From Coprothermobacterota bacterium (GTDB taxonomy: Bacteria > Coprothermobacterota > Coprothermobacteria > Coprothermobacterales > Coprothermobacteraceae), in the NCBI GenBank assembly GCA_036679065.1, contig JAZIGN010000001.1, positions 64,001-128,000 on the forward strand: a stretch of 64,000 nt of DNA, read 5' to 3'. The notes under the pieces were generated by a model. It was not told the DNA's origin. It saw only the letters and a program-made list of their open reading frames with translations, and ran no database searches. The number at the start of each line of letters is the position of its first letter. Within the stretch, counting starts at the first letter, position 1. The translations under genes were made by a program, and so were the position numbers. Below, in pieces: positions 17,982 to 27,893 of this stretch.

Positions 17982-20369
17982 ATGAAATTCAGTTTTAACC
18001 AACTTAAAAAGTTTTGGCAGGAAAAGGACCAAGTTACCTGGCAGCAGGTAAAAAGTTATCTGGAAAAACACTTGGAAGTTGAAGTTGAGGAAGAAGTACC
18101 CATTGACATACCCGATTCATGGTGGCTAAAAGAGGTAACTCCAGCTAATGAAAAAAACTCCAGAGCGGAGGTGCATCTGGAAAACGGCTCTGTCATTCCA
18201 GTGTACTTACCCGAGGAAGTTTCTCATGGTAGCAGTAGTAGCGGTACCAGCATTTGTGTGCTAGTGGATACCAAGACTGGCACGCTGCTTTCCAGGGGCG
18301 ATTTGGGACCATTGCAAGAACTGCTTGGTTTTGCAACGGTAAGTAGTAATGGCAGCGAAGCAGGTTCTCTTAAGGAAGCAGGGACCTCTGCCGGCCGCGA
18401 TGATTTGTCAGATGTGGTTCTTCTAAGAAATACCCCTGAAGGGCCTCTTAAAGAGGTGCTTGAGCTTCCGGATATGCTTATAAAGCTGAGTGTGCTTCCT
18501 AACCGTGGTGACTTGAGCCACCTATTTGGCTTGGCTCGGGAAATTGCCTTCGGTATGGGACTCACTCTGGTAGAGCCGAGCCCCAAACACGAATTTGAAA
18601 AACGCAATGGTTTGGTTTCCATCCAAACCGATGGGTGCTTGGTTTATGCTGGTATGCTGCTGGAGAACTTGAAAATTGAGGAAAGCCCATGGTGGCTCAA
18701 ACTGGAGCTGATGCGCTTCGGCCAACGCTGCATAAGCAATGTGGTGGACCTAACAAATTACTTCCTATTTACCTATGGTCAACCCATGCATGCTTTTGAT
18801 TTTGATACTCTGGAAGAACATCGCATCATTGTACGTCAGGCAAAACAAGGCGAGAAGCTGGTGCTCCTTAATGATGAAGAGGTCACGTTGGATGAAGGCT
18901 GCATGGTCATCGCAGATGCGGTGAAACCCATTGGCGTTGCCGGTGTCATGGGTGGGCGAGATGCTTCTGTGAGCTCTCAAACAAAGCGAGTCTTACTGGA
19001 AGTAGCAGCATTTGCTCCTTCGTATGTGGCTATGAGTTCTCGAAAACTTGGTGTGAGAACTGATGCCAGCATGCTTTACGAACGTGGTGTGGCACCTTTC
19101 GGTCAAACCCATATGGCGCTTCTGTTCGCTGATTTTATTGAGGAGATGGGCTGTGCAGAAGCCACTGCGTTGTGGCACGCCGGGGCGGAAACTCGTTACA
19201 GATTGGTGGAATACAACCCACAGCGCATTGTAGAACTTTCCTCGGTGGAAGAACGTGATCTTCTGGACATGATTGCCAGCAAGCGGTGGGAAGTCATAAG
19301 TGAAAGCGATGGTAAACAAAAGATAAAAATACCAGCCTACAGGTGGGACATAACCAGAACCGAGGACTTAGTGGATGAACTGGTGAAATTTGTGGGCTAT
19401 GACTGTGTTCCGTCACTGCCACTGGTTGACTTTGTTCCCTTCCGGGAGAAAGAATCCATAACAAAGGAAAACAAGTTCAGAGAAGCAAGTACGCTCTATT
19501 TCCAAGAAGTTTTCATGGTTTCGCTCATATCTGATAAGGATGTTCAGAACATTGCTGCTCACATGGGCGTAAATGTTGAAGATGCGCTGGCCGTGGATAA
19601 CCCCGTGAGCCGTGAGCTTGCTTACTTAAGACCTAACTTGCTTATCGGTTTAATGAAAGCAGCTTTGCTTAACCAAAATCGTTTCCATGACGATGTTCAT
19701 GTCTTCGAAATTGGCTCCGTGTTTAGGAGAACATGTAAAGGAAATAACTCAAGTGAACCACAGGAAAGGCGTCACATCGCTTATTTGTCCAAGGGTGCTT
19801 ATTGGGAGAGTGCCTTGGAAAAGGATCCTTGGGGTTACCGCGAGTTCAAGGGTGTTTTGGAGAACATCTTCAAGCGCTGTGGTCTTATTTTGGATTGGGA
19901 GAATGCTCCTGTTCCTTGGGCTGAAAGCTCATTCTCTGGTATCATAAAGTATGAAGGGCGCGAAGTGGGGCAGGTGGGCATGCTCAGGACAGCTTTGCTC
20001 AAGGCATATGATTTGAAGGGTCCCGTGTTTGGTGCTGAACTCGACTTGGATGCGCTGCCGCTTGTAACAGAAAAGGAACCCGTATTTCCACTTAAGTTTC
20101 CTCAAAGCTGGAGAGATTTTTCCATCGTCATGCCCATGCAGGAGCCTGTTGCGAGCCTTTCTAAGCTATTTGAAGGCGAGCCACTGGTAAAGGGCTGGAG
20201 AGTGGTGGATCTGTACCAGGGTGAGAAATTGTCTGCTGGTGAGAAGAGTGTTACTGTGCGCGTTTGGTTAGGCGCTGAAGACCACACGGTCAGTAGCGAT
20301 GAGGTGGAACAAGTTGTGGAGCGCGTTTTAGTGCGCTTAACGGAGGCGGGATGGCGACTAAGGTCATGA
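17982..20369 (+). CDS. pheT: Phenylalanine--tRNA ligase beta subunit
   Basis: PNRGD, NVVDLTNY, GQPMHAFD, DLVDEL and LRPNLL motifs, plus a C-terminal FDX-ACB domain. Confidence 0.95.
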   Translation: MKFSFNQLKKFWQEKDQVTWQQVKSYLEKHLEVEVEEEVPIDIPDSWWLKEVTPANEKNSRAEVHLENGSVIPVYLPEEVSHGSSSSGTSICVLVDTKTGTLLSRGDLGPLQELLGFATVSSNGSEAGSLKEAGTSAGRDDLSDVVLLRNTPEGPLKEVLELPDMLIKLSVLPNRGDLSHLFGLAREIAFGMGLTLVEPSPKHEFEKRNGLVSIQTDGCLVYAGMLLENLKIEESPWWLKLELMRFGQRCISNVVDLTNYFLFTYGQPMHAFDFDTLEEHRIIVRQAKQGEKLVLLNDEEVTLDEGCMVIADAVKPIGVAGVMGGRDASVSSQTKRVLLEVAAFAPSYVAMSSRKLGVRTDASMLYERGVAPFGQTHMALLFADFIEEMGCAEATALWHAGAETRYRLVEYNPQRIVELSSVEERDLLDMIASKRWEVISESDGKQKIKIPAYRWDITRTEDLVDELVKFVGYDCVPSLPLVDFVPFREKESITKENKFREASTLYFQEVFMVSLISDKDVQNIAAHMGVNVEDALAVDNPVSRELAYLRPNLLIGLMKAALLNQNRFHDDVHVFEIGSVFRRTCKGNNSSEPQERRHIAYLSKGAYWESALEKDPWGYREFKGVLENIFKRCGLILDWENAPVPWAESSFSGIIKYEGREVGQVGMLRTALLKAYDLKGPVFGAELDLDALPLVTEKEPVFPLKFPQSWRDFSIVMPMQEPVASLSKLFEGEPLVKGWRVVDLYQGEKLSAGEKSVTVRVWLGAEDHTVSSDEVEQVVERVLVRLTEAGWRLRS

Positions 20370-22714
20370 AGGACGATTTAGATAGCCTGGAATACGGAAA
20401 AATACTGGCTCAGATAAAATCTTATGCTTCTTCTGATTATGGCCAACGCTATTTGGAAAACCATTTGCCTTCCTCCGATGCCCAGCAGGTTGAAAAATGG
20501 CTGAAGGAAACCGAAGAGGCTTGGGAACTTGTAAGGAAAAATGTGGATCCGTTTACCTTCTTCGTACCCGACGTGGACAGCGTTGTTGAACTTCTGGATA
20601 AACAGGGCTATGTTCCCGTGGAGGATTTCCTGAACTTTGTTAAAGCCGCAGAAGTTTTGGTGCAGCTCAGGCGAAAAATATCTGCGGAGACAGGGGTGCT
20701 TGGTAGCTTGGCGAAGCGCATTGTCCCCCTGGATGCTTGGTTGGATGAAGTGCGGGGTAAAGTCGATGAGAGCGGCTATGTAAAGGATGAAGCCAGCCGT
20801 AAGCTTTCCGATATCAGACGTGACCAAAAAAGGCTTTCCAACGAAATTCAAGATAAGCTGCAAAAGGAAATGGACCGCTACCAGCGATTCATCTCCGACA
20901 GGTTGGTGGTAAAAAGAGGAAATCGCTACGCCATTCCTGTAAAGAGTTCCAACGTACCGCAAGTGAAAGGCATCGTTCTGGATTGGTCTGGCTCGGGTCA
21001 GACTGCCTACGTGGAGCCATTCTCAGTGGTAGACATGAACAACCGCCTGGAAGAACTGCGGTTCATGGAAGAGCAGGAGATTTACCGCATTTTTCAAGAA
21101 CTTTGCAGCAAGCTTTATCCCATCGCTGAAGAAATACGTATTTCCCTAAGAATACTGGGTGAAATCGATGCTGCATATGCCAAGGCAAAGTGGGGTTCTG
21201 CCATGCGCGGAACGTTGCCTAAAATCTCACAGAACGGTTGCATAAACATAAAGGGTGCTCGGCATCCTCTCATACCTCAGGACCGCGTAGTTCCCATCGA
21301 TGTTGTGGTACCAGAAGGGCGAATTGGTGTCATACTCAGTGGACCAAACACGGGCGGAAAGACGGTCACCTTGAAAACCATTGGGCTTTTTGCGGCTCTG
21401 CTAAAGATTGGTGCTCCCGTGCCTGCTGTGGATGTGGAAATGCCGCTTTACAATCGCATTTTCACCGACATTGGTGATCAGCAAAGTATTGAGAGTAGTC
21501 TGTCCACCTTTGCTTCGCACATTGCCAGGCTAAAAGTCATCGTGGAAGAAGCGGATTCAGGGGATCTTGTGCTCATTGACGAGCTTGGTTCTGGCACCGA
21601 CCCTGATGAGGGAGCTGCCATTGCCGAGGCCGTGGTGGATTTTCTGGTGCGTCGCAATGTCCAGTTTTTCATAGCCACTCATTTGTGGCGTCTAAAGACC
21701 TTAGCAGCTGACCGGAAAGAAATCATCAACGCTTCAGTGGACTTCGACACCGAGAAGCTAAAACCTCTTTACAAGCTAAACATGGGTGTGCCGGGAAGGT
21801 CTTATGCTTTGGAGATTGCGCAGAAGTGGGGCATGCCTGAACTTTTCATAAATACGGCGCGTTCTAAGCTTTCTGAAGATCATGAGCGGGTTGAGAAGCT
21901 CATCGAACAACTTCAAGAACGTGTGAAAAGCTACGAAGACCTTCAGCGCGAAGCGGCCAGACTTCGTGACGAGCTGCGCGAGAAGAATAACCAACTTGAC
22001 AAGGCCTTAAGCCAGCTGGACGCAAAGAAAACAAAAATAATGGATGAAACCAGGGCGAAGGCAAAAAGAATATTGGAAGAAGCTGACGAAGAAAGTAAAC
22101 GCCTGCTAAAGGAGCTCAGTCAGCAGAGCAAAGCCAACCAAAGGGCTTACCAAATACGTGAACAGATTAAGAACATGCTCGAGGAAGTCGTCAAAGAGGA
22201 CGATGAGATGCAGGAGAAACAGCACGGTGGACCTGAACCCATTCCAGTTCAGATCAGAGAAGGGGATACCGTTTATGTGACTAAGTTCAAACAGCTTGGT
22301 CTGGTTTTAAAGCTTTCAGAAGACACAGCTGAAGTACAAATAGGACCATTAAGAGCTACAGTGGCAAAAACCGAGCTGAGCAAGGTTGATGCCACGGCTA
22401 CTGAGCACCGCCGTGGTGTGAGTGGTGTTATTAAAGGTGGGAGTGGAGTGGAGATAAACGTTACTCAGGATGTTCCCATGAAGCTGGAAGTACATGGCTT
22501 AACCGTAGACGACGCTCTGGAAAAGGTGGATAAATACCTGGATCAAGCCTATGCGGCGGGGTTGCCTTATGTGTACATCATCCACGGCCGCGGTACGGGT
22601 GCTTTGCTCAGAGCCATTCATGAGTATTTGAGTACGCATCCCCATGTGAGCCGATTCCGCTTCGCTGAACCCAGCGAAGGCGGAACCAGCGTTACCATGG
22701 TTTATTTCAGTTAG
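20366..22714 (+). CDS. mutS2: MutS2 endonuclease / ribosome-collision factor
   Basis: GPNTGGKT, IGDQQSIESSLSTF and DELGSGTDP motifs; C-terminal Smr domain (IIHGRGTG). ATGA overlap with pheT. Confidence 0.95.
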   Translation: MKDDLDSLEYGKILAQIKSYASSDYGQRYLENHLPSSDAQQVEKWLKETEEAWELVRKNVDPFTFFVPDVDSVVELLDKQGYVPVEDFLNFVKAAEVLVQLRRKISAETGVLGSLAKRIVPLDAWLDEVRGKVDESGYVKDEASRKLSDIRRDQKRLSNEIQDKLQKEMDRYQRFISDRLVVKRGNRYAIPVKSSNVPQVKGIVLDWSGSGQTAYVEPFSVVDMNNRLEELRFMEEQEIYRIFQELCSKLYPIAEEIRISLRILGEIDAAYAKAKWGSAMRGTLPKISQNGCINIKGARHPLIPQDRVVPIDVVVPEGRIGVILSGPNTGGKTVTLKTIGLFAALLKIGAPVPAVDVEMPLYNRIFTDIGDQQSIESSLSTFASHIARLKVIVEEADSGDLVLIDELGSGTDPDEGAAIAEAVVDFLVRRNVQFFIATHLWRLKTLAADRKEIINASVDFDTEKLKPLYKLNMGVPGRSYALEIAQKWGMPELFINTARSKLSEDHERVEKLIEQLQERVKSYEDLQREAARLRDELREKNNQLDKALSQLDAKKTKIMDETRAKAKRILEEADEESKRLLKELSQQSKANQRAYQIREQIKNMLEEVVKEDDEMQEKQHGGPEPIPVQIREGDTVYVTKFKQLGLVLKLSEDTAEVQIGPLRATVAKTELSKVDATATEHRRGVSGVIKGGSGVEINVTQDVPMKLEVHGLTVDDALEKVDKYLDQAYAAGLPYVYIIHGRGTGALLRAIHEYLSTHPHVSRFRFAEPSEGGTSVTMVYFS

Positions 22715-22761
22715 GTAGGTTAGAACTGTAACTCACTTCAATGCTCTTCTTGTGTATGTTT

Positions 22762-23124
22762 TTACGTCTTCAGCTTCTTAACTTCTTTCACGTTATTATG
22801 CTCATCCATGATGAGGACCGTGGCAGTTACTTCTTCCTCAGGTTCTTTCATGGCAAAAGCCATCACAATGATGCGATCGCCCACCACAGCAGATCTTGCT
22901 GCTGCACCGTTAAGACCTACTTCGCGTGAATTAGCGGGAGCCGGTATGATGTAAGTTTCAAAGCGCTCACCATTTGTTACATTAGCCACTAATACCTTTT
23001 CATATGGCCTCAAGTTGGCTTGTTTTATGAGTTCTTCATCCAAACTCAAGCTGCCTTCGTAATCCACGTTGCACACAGTAACGCGGGCATTGTGAATCTT
23101 GCTTTTTAGTACCGTTATAAGCAT
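22762..23124 (-). CDS. panD: Aspartate 1-decarboxylase
   Basis: KSKIH, YEG^SL, NGERFETY and NGAAAR motifs. Confidence 0.96.
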   Translation of the reverse strand: MLITVLKSKIHNARVTVCNVDYEGSLSLDEELIKQANLRPYEKVLVANVTNGERFETYIIPAPANSREVGLNGAAARSAVVGDRIIVMAFAMKEPEEEVTATVLIMDEHNNVKEVKKLKT

Positions 23125-23131
23125 GCTCTTA

Positions 23132-23995
23132 TCACCGAACCTCTATTACTAAATTATCAATAAGCCTAACCTTGCCCAAAAACACTGCCGTGGCAATGAT
23201 GATCTTCTGGGGAGGTTCTATTTTGGGCAACAGTTCCAACGTGTCATAATCCACTAGCTGAAAGTACTGTACCTTAAATCCTTGCTGAGAAAGAAACCTT
23301 GTACAAGTACTTATTACTTCAGCAGTGCTTATGACCCCTTTTTCCAAAATGAGATCTTTTGCCATTAGTAGCGATTTGTAAATGGAAGCTGCTTTTTCTC
23401 TTTCTTCAGCGCTAAGGTAAGTATTTCTTGAGGACAAGGCAAGCCCTGAGGGTTCCCGCACTGTGGGTACAGGGACTATTTCAATGTTCATGTTTAAATC
23501 ATTCACCATTTCCTCAATAATACGTAACTGCTGAATGTCCTTCATTCCAAAGTAAGCCCTGTTCGGACTAACAATGTTGAAAAGCTTTGTGACCACGGTT
23601 ACCACGCCACGGAAATGACCTGGACGGAAGCGGCCGCACAGGTTCTCATCCAAGTGCTTAACGTCCACAAAAACATCCACCTGATTGCCTTTTTTGGGAT
23701 ACATCTCTTCCACCGTGGGCACAAACATAAAATCTACTCCGTGTTCACTACAAAGCTGTGCGTCCCGATCCATGTCCCTGGGGTAAACTAGGTAATCTTC
23801 ATTGGGCCCAAACTGAAGGGGATTAACAAAATCGCTAACTACCACCACATCGTTTTCTTTTCGAGCGGTGTCGATAAGTGCTAAATGGCCCTCGTGCAAG
23901 TACCCCATGGTTGGTACAAGGCCCACTGACTTACCTTGTCTTTTCATTTCTGCAACTTTCTCTCTCATGGTCTTAATGTCACGTACGATCTCCAT
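23132..23995 (-). CDS. panC: Pantoate--beta-alanine ligase
   Basis: PTMGYLHEGH, FVNPLQF, RPGHFRGV, LSSRN and RLIDN motifs. Confidence 0.97.
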   Translation of the reverse strand: MEIVRDIKTMREKVAEMKRQGKSVGLVPTMGYLHEGHLALIDTARKENDVVVVSDFVNPLQFGPNEDYLVYPRDMDRDAQLCSEHGVDFMFVPTVEEMYPKKGNQVDVFVDVKHLDENLCGRFRPGHFRGVVTVVTKLFNIVSPNRAYFGMKDIQQLRIIEEMVNDLNMNIEIVPVPTVREPSGLALSSRNTYLSAEEREKAASIYKSLLMAKDLILEKGVISTAEVISTCTRFLSQQGFKVQYFQLVDYDTLELLPKIEPPQKIIIATAVFLGKVRLIDNLVIEVR

Positions 23996-24249
23996 GGCTT
24001 GCTAATGCCTCCTATGTAAAACTGACTAAAGCATTTTTTGTTGCTGCCACAATAAGTATGCACCCACAGATGGTGTTTTCTTTGCGAGCTTCACATCTTC
24101 CCTGCATGGAATTGTGGCAAACCAGCACCGTGCAGGTAGCATATTCTCATTGTATACACAATATACACAACTATGTGGTTTATTAATTTAACTGCAAAAC
24201 TTCGTAATCCAAATCTTTTAACAGCAAGCAGCTTGCTACTTTCTTGAAG

Positions 24250-25008
24250 CTACATCTTGCCTTGTTCCACGTCGTTCTTGTAACTGCTTACTGCCTTTTT
24301 CAGTTCTGCTCGCAAATCAAAGTAAGCCTTGGCAAAAGGTGGCCTGTCCTTGGTCAGCCCCATGAAGTCGTGGAGCACCAGTACCTGACCGTCACATTCA
24401 GGTCCTGCCCCAATGCCGATGGTAGGTATTTGCACCAGCTCAGTTATTTCCTTAGCCAGAGTGGCGGCCATGTTTTCCAAAACCAAAGAAAAAGCACCTG
24501 CTTCATAAAGGGCTTTTGCACTGCGCTTAAGGTATTCCGCATCTGATATGTTTTTACCACGCTTGCCATAACCCATAAGTTTGGCGCTTTGAGGTGTAAC
24601 GCCTATGTGTCCCATGACTGGTATGCCAATTTCTGTAAGCCTGCGTACCAGGTGAGCGACTTCCTCTCCACCTTCCAGTTTCACAGCGTCACAGTTGGTT
24701 TCCTTCATAACCTGTCCGCAGTTTCGCAGGGCTTCTTCAACGCTTATCTGGTAGGACAAGAAAGGCATATCAGCCACCACAAAGGTGTTGGGGGCACCGC
24801 GTTTTACCATTTCCGTGTGGTAAATGATTTGATCCAAAGTCACCGGTAAAGTGGTCTCCTTGCCTTGAACCACATTACCCAAGGAGTCGCCTACAAGCAG
24901 AGCATCCACGCCAGCCTCTTCTAAGGCGCTGGCAAAGGAAAAATCGTAGCAGGTAAGCATGATTATTTTCTTACTGCCTTTGAGTTTCTTAAACTGAGTG
25001 GCGTTCAT
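24250..25008 (-). CDS. panB: 3-methyl-2-oxobutanoate hydroxymethyltransferase
   Basis: LVGDSLG, VVADMPF, VKLEGG, GIGAG and DGQVLV motifs. Confidence 0.97.
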   Translation of the reverse strand: MNATQFKKLKGSKKIIMLTCYDFSFASALEEAGVDALLVGDSLGNVVQGKETTLPVTLDQIIYHTEMVKRGAPNTFVVADMPFLSYQISVEEALRNCGQVMKETNCDAVKLEGGEEVAHLVRRLTEIGIPVMGHIGVTPQSAKLMGYGKRGKNISDAEYLKRSAKALYEAGAFSLVLENMAATLAKEITELVQIPTIGIGAGPECDGQVLVLHDFMGLTKDRPPFAKAYFDLRAELKKAVSSYKNDVEQGKM

Positions 25009-25012
25009 TTTA

Positions 25013-25819
25013 TTAAATGCCTCCCTCCATTATGATTTCCGCCAGCAATCGGTAGACCAAAGACCATTTTTCGCTAAGTGTGGAAGCCTCTGCATCTATA
25101 ACTTCCATGTCCTTCCTCACTGCAGGCCCTGTCAAACTGTCTTTACCTAATTTCAAGTAGTTTCTCAGTGTTGTTTCAACAATTTCCTTCACAAACAGTT
25201 TTTCAGCATCCAGTTCGCCGATGGAGTCTTCATTACTAGGCGCATCATTATCATCATCATAAGCAGGTGTGACGCCAGCTTCTCGAAGCAGCTCTCCGCC
25301 TTTAATCATGAGCACATCCACGTAGTTGGAAAGCAGAACAGCTGCAGTGTGGTAAGTGGTCTTCTTTTGAGAATCGATTCTATGCAACCTTAGTGGAACA
25401 ATGCTGGCAAGTTCTGCTGCAATCTGCTCAGCCTCCCTGTCTCCCTCAAAGGTTGCCAGTGCATTAACTAGCAGGTTGTGATCTTGCTCAGGTATGGGCA
25501 GCCATGGGTGAAGCGATCCGACGTAATTCGCCATGGGCTCAATTACACTGGAAGGGTGGAACCCACTGGTATGAAGTGCAACTGTGAAGCTTTGTGAAAA
25601 CTGCTCAGCCACGTTTCTCAAGGCTTTATCAGATACTGCCACAAAAGCAAAATCGCCTTTCACTTGCGTCGGGTCACTAATGGCGATTGCACCCACTTTC
25701 TTTGCCAAAATGCTGGCATTTTCAAAGGTTCGATTCCAAATGCGCAGACTTCCCATCTTCATTAAGAAAGGAGCAAAGGCTCCCGCCACGCGACCCGCAC
25801 CAATAAGCACTACGTCCAT
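25013..25819 (-). CDS. Rossmann-like/DUF2520 protein, probable PanG-type ketopantoate reductase
   Basis: IGAGRVA, HTSG, SLHP, YHTAAV..SNY and LTGPAVR motifs. First gene of the panBCD cluster. Confidence 0.8.
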   Translation of the reverse strand: MDVVLIGAGRVAGAFAPFLMKMGSLRIWNRTFENASILAKKVGAIAISDPTQVKGDFAFVAVSDKALRNVAEQFSQSFTVALHTSGFHPSSVIEPMANYVGSLHPWLPIPEQDHNLLVNALATFEGDREAEQIAAELASIVPLRLHRIDSQKKTTYHTAAVLLSNYVDVLMIKGGELLREAGVTPAYDDDNDAPSNEDSIGELDAEKLFVKEIVETTLRNYLKLGKDSLTGPAVRKDMEVIDAEASTLSEKWSLVYRLLAEIIMEGGI

Positions 25820-26151
25820 TTTATGCCTTTATTGTACAACCATTTGCAGTTTTGAGTTCTCTTTCACATACGCCATTGTCTTTTTTGGTCGCTTTACTTG
25901 TAGAAGTTTCAGTTTGAATAGTTTCGGTCACATGTTACTGAGTAATTTAGCGTAACTAGTGAAAAATGCACCCATGTGGCTTAAAATTGTATGAAATGGG
26001 GCGTACTTAACTAAGGCGAGGGACTTTTGTCGAAGTTTCGGTTACAGCTCATTCTTGTTTGATGGTCATTGGTGGTGTGGCAGAGTTCACGCGAGCAAGT
26101 GTTTAACAATGCTGGGTGAGTGTGTATATGTGTGTAACGCTGCCCACGTGA

Positions 26152-26184
26152 ATGTTCTGTGCATGTTCTGAGCATGTTATGTGC
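26152..26184. repeat. Three imperfect 11-bp tandem repeats
   Basis: ATGTTCTGTGC ATGTTCTGAGC ATGTTATGTGC. Confidence 0.7.
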
Positions 26185-26339
26185 AAGCCGATGTGCAAAC
26201 GGCTCTCGTGACCAGATACTGCTTACACACAGAAGAATGGAATCGCACAGGTGTCACGGTTACTGCAATTCCACCTTGCCCTGCTGCGGTTTGTTGGGAG
26301 GAGAAGAGATGCGAAGTACCGAAAAGGGTGGTGTTGGCT

Positions 26340-27512
26340 TTGGTTGAAGAGCCCTTTGATTTCCAAACGGGTTTTACTGAGTTACCCATGGGACTGGTGG
26401 AGGATTTGCTGTCACAAAGTTCCAAATTGGCCGAACACATCAGAAAACAGATCCAGGAAATGGAGCAAGTTAAGAAAGAAGTTCGTGAGCAGTTGAAGCG
26501 TGAGGGTGTGTTGAGGCGTGACGGGGATTTTGGGTACTATGACGTACCTACCAGCTGCGGAGTGGACGGAGCTTACGCTACTGAGCGTTTGCTCGCTTTG
26601 GACTTCGGCGTTGCTGCCGCTGTTGCCGTGGAAGGTATCATACCGCCCTCCGCAAGAAGTTATTGGTCAGACCCTCAACACAAGGCTCATGCTGATGCTT
26701 ATGCACACAGTGACGACACCCCAGTAATCTTACGGGCGCTCATGATGGAATTTGAACTGGAACTGGCTGAGCAGGCTCCTCATGATGTGGTGTTCCTGGA
26801 CGGTTCCATGGCCACCCCCATCATACTCATGGATCAAGCCATAAACCGTCTCATCGAGCAGACTAAACAGGGAACTTACCACGCTTTGGCGGTGAAGGTG
26901 TTGGAGGGGTTTCCCACCTACTTAAGAGATTACTTAAGCATAAGCTCAGGAAAAAGGTCTGATAAGATCTGGGTTGCTTCACCTAAGTACAGTTCAAATC
27001 GTGAGTTCGGGAAAGTTCTCCAATGGCGTATTCCACTGGACGATCGTGCCGTGTTTACCTACGTGCTGGAAGCGGGAGAGTTTGCGGGCCCCGTTCAGAT
27101 GCAGCGGCCAGCTAGGATGTGGCACCTCACACCACCGGATGAAAACGACGAAGTAACAAAACAGCAAATTGAAAAACTCATCAATCAGCTAACTTCACTG
27201 CAAGTGATCTACTACAGACCAACAGCCATGGTGCCTGCCATGCGTCTGGAAGTACCTGCACCCGTGGCAACAAACGACACCAGGTTGGCCATGCTTTTAC
27301 AGGCGGTTAAGCATCAGTGTATGACCCCCGGGGTTATGGAACCTTTTCCACTTTACATGGCTGATCGCATGGTGAAGCACATTGGTGCTGCTATGCCGGC
27401 TCTGAGGCAAAATGCGACTACTGCATTGACCGAAGATGGCATTGAGGCATTTGACATGGACAACGTTTTCTTCAGTTTGCACGGCTACAGGAGCGAATCT
27501 GGTGGTTACTAA
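26340..27512 (+). CDS. nurA: NurA-family nuclease
   Basis: CGVDGA, E.ELA, VFLDGSM and C-terminal EPFPLYMADRMVK fit the NurA pattern. Directly upstream of HerA. Start is uncertain (26331-26340; ORF open from 26181). Confidence 0.8.
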   Translation: MVEEPFDFQTGFTELPMGLVEDLLSQSSKLAEHIRKQIQEMEQVKKEVREQLKREGVLRRDGDFGYYDVPTSCGVDGAYATERLLALDFGVAAAVAVEGIIPPSARSYWSDPQHKAHADAYAHSDDTPVILRALMMEFELELAEQAPHDVVFLDGSMATPIILMDQAINRLIEQTKQGTYHALAVKVLEGFPTYLRDYLSISSGKRSDKIWVASPKYSSNREFGKVLQWRIPLDDRAVFTYVLEAGEFAGPVQMQRPARMWHLTPPDENDEVTKQQIEKLINQLTSLQVIYYRPTAMVPAMRLEVPAPVATNDTRLAMLLQAVKHQCMTPGVMEPFPLYMADRMVKHIGAAMPALRQNATTALTEDGIEAFDMDNVFFSLHGYRSESGGY

Positions 27513-27717
27513 AATGTGGTGCGGGTATTCGGGCAGGGAAGAACGTGTAGAAGAATATGCGAAATATGTAAAGCACGTAAATTACGTGCACACGACCCGG
27601 AACAGAAGAACTTTTACAGCATGTGGAACTGAAACACGGGAGCATGTTAACACAGTGTCGTTATTTCCTGTGTCGACCGCGATGAGGCAAAGTGTTGACC
27701 ACTTTTGCAGCGGTTCA

Positions 27718-27762
27718 GGTATGACCGGAATGACAGGTGTGGCAGGTATGACAGGCATGAAT
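27718..27762 (+). repeat. Imperfect 9-bp tandem repeats
   Basis: GGTATGACC GGAATGACA GGTGTGGCA GGTATGACA GGCATGAAT. Confidence 0.7.
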
Positions 27763-27893
27763 AACCAGATCGCGGAGCCGGATTTTGCATGGTGCCATGA
27801 TGAGTGAACGCTGCCAATTATGCTCACATTTGAATCCACGTGTGTCTAATCCCAGTGTATTTAAGCGGGGTTTTCATAAGGTGAAAACATGGA

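Noticed and set aside
26181..26339. Cys-rich N-terminal extension of NurA in the ORF track
   Set aside because: Starts within a repeat, has no RBS and looks non-coding. A start near 26331-26340 is more plausible.
27513..27893. Repeats as a CRISPR array
   Set aside because: Units are 9 bp and contiguous, with no spacers and no cas genes.
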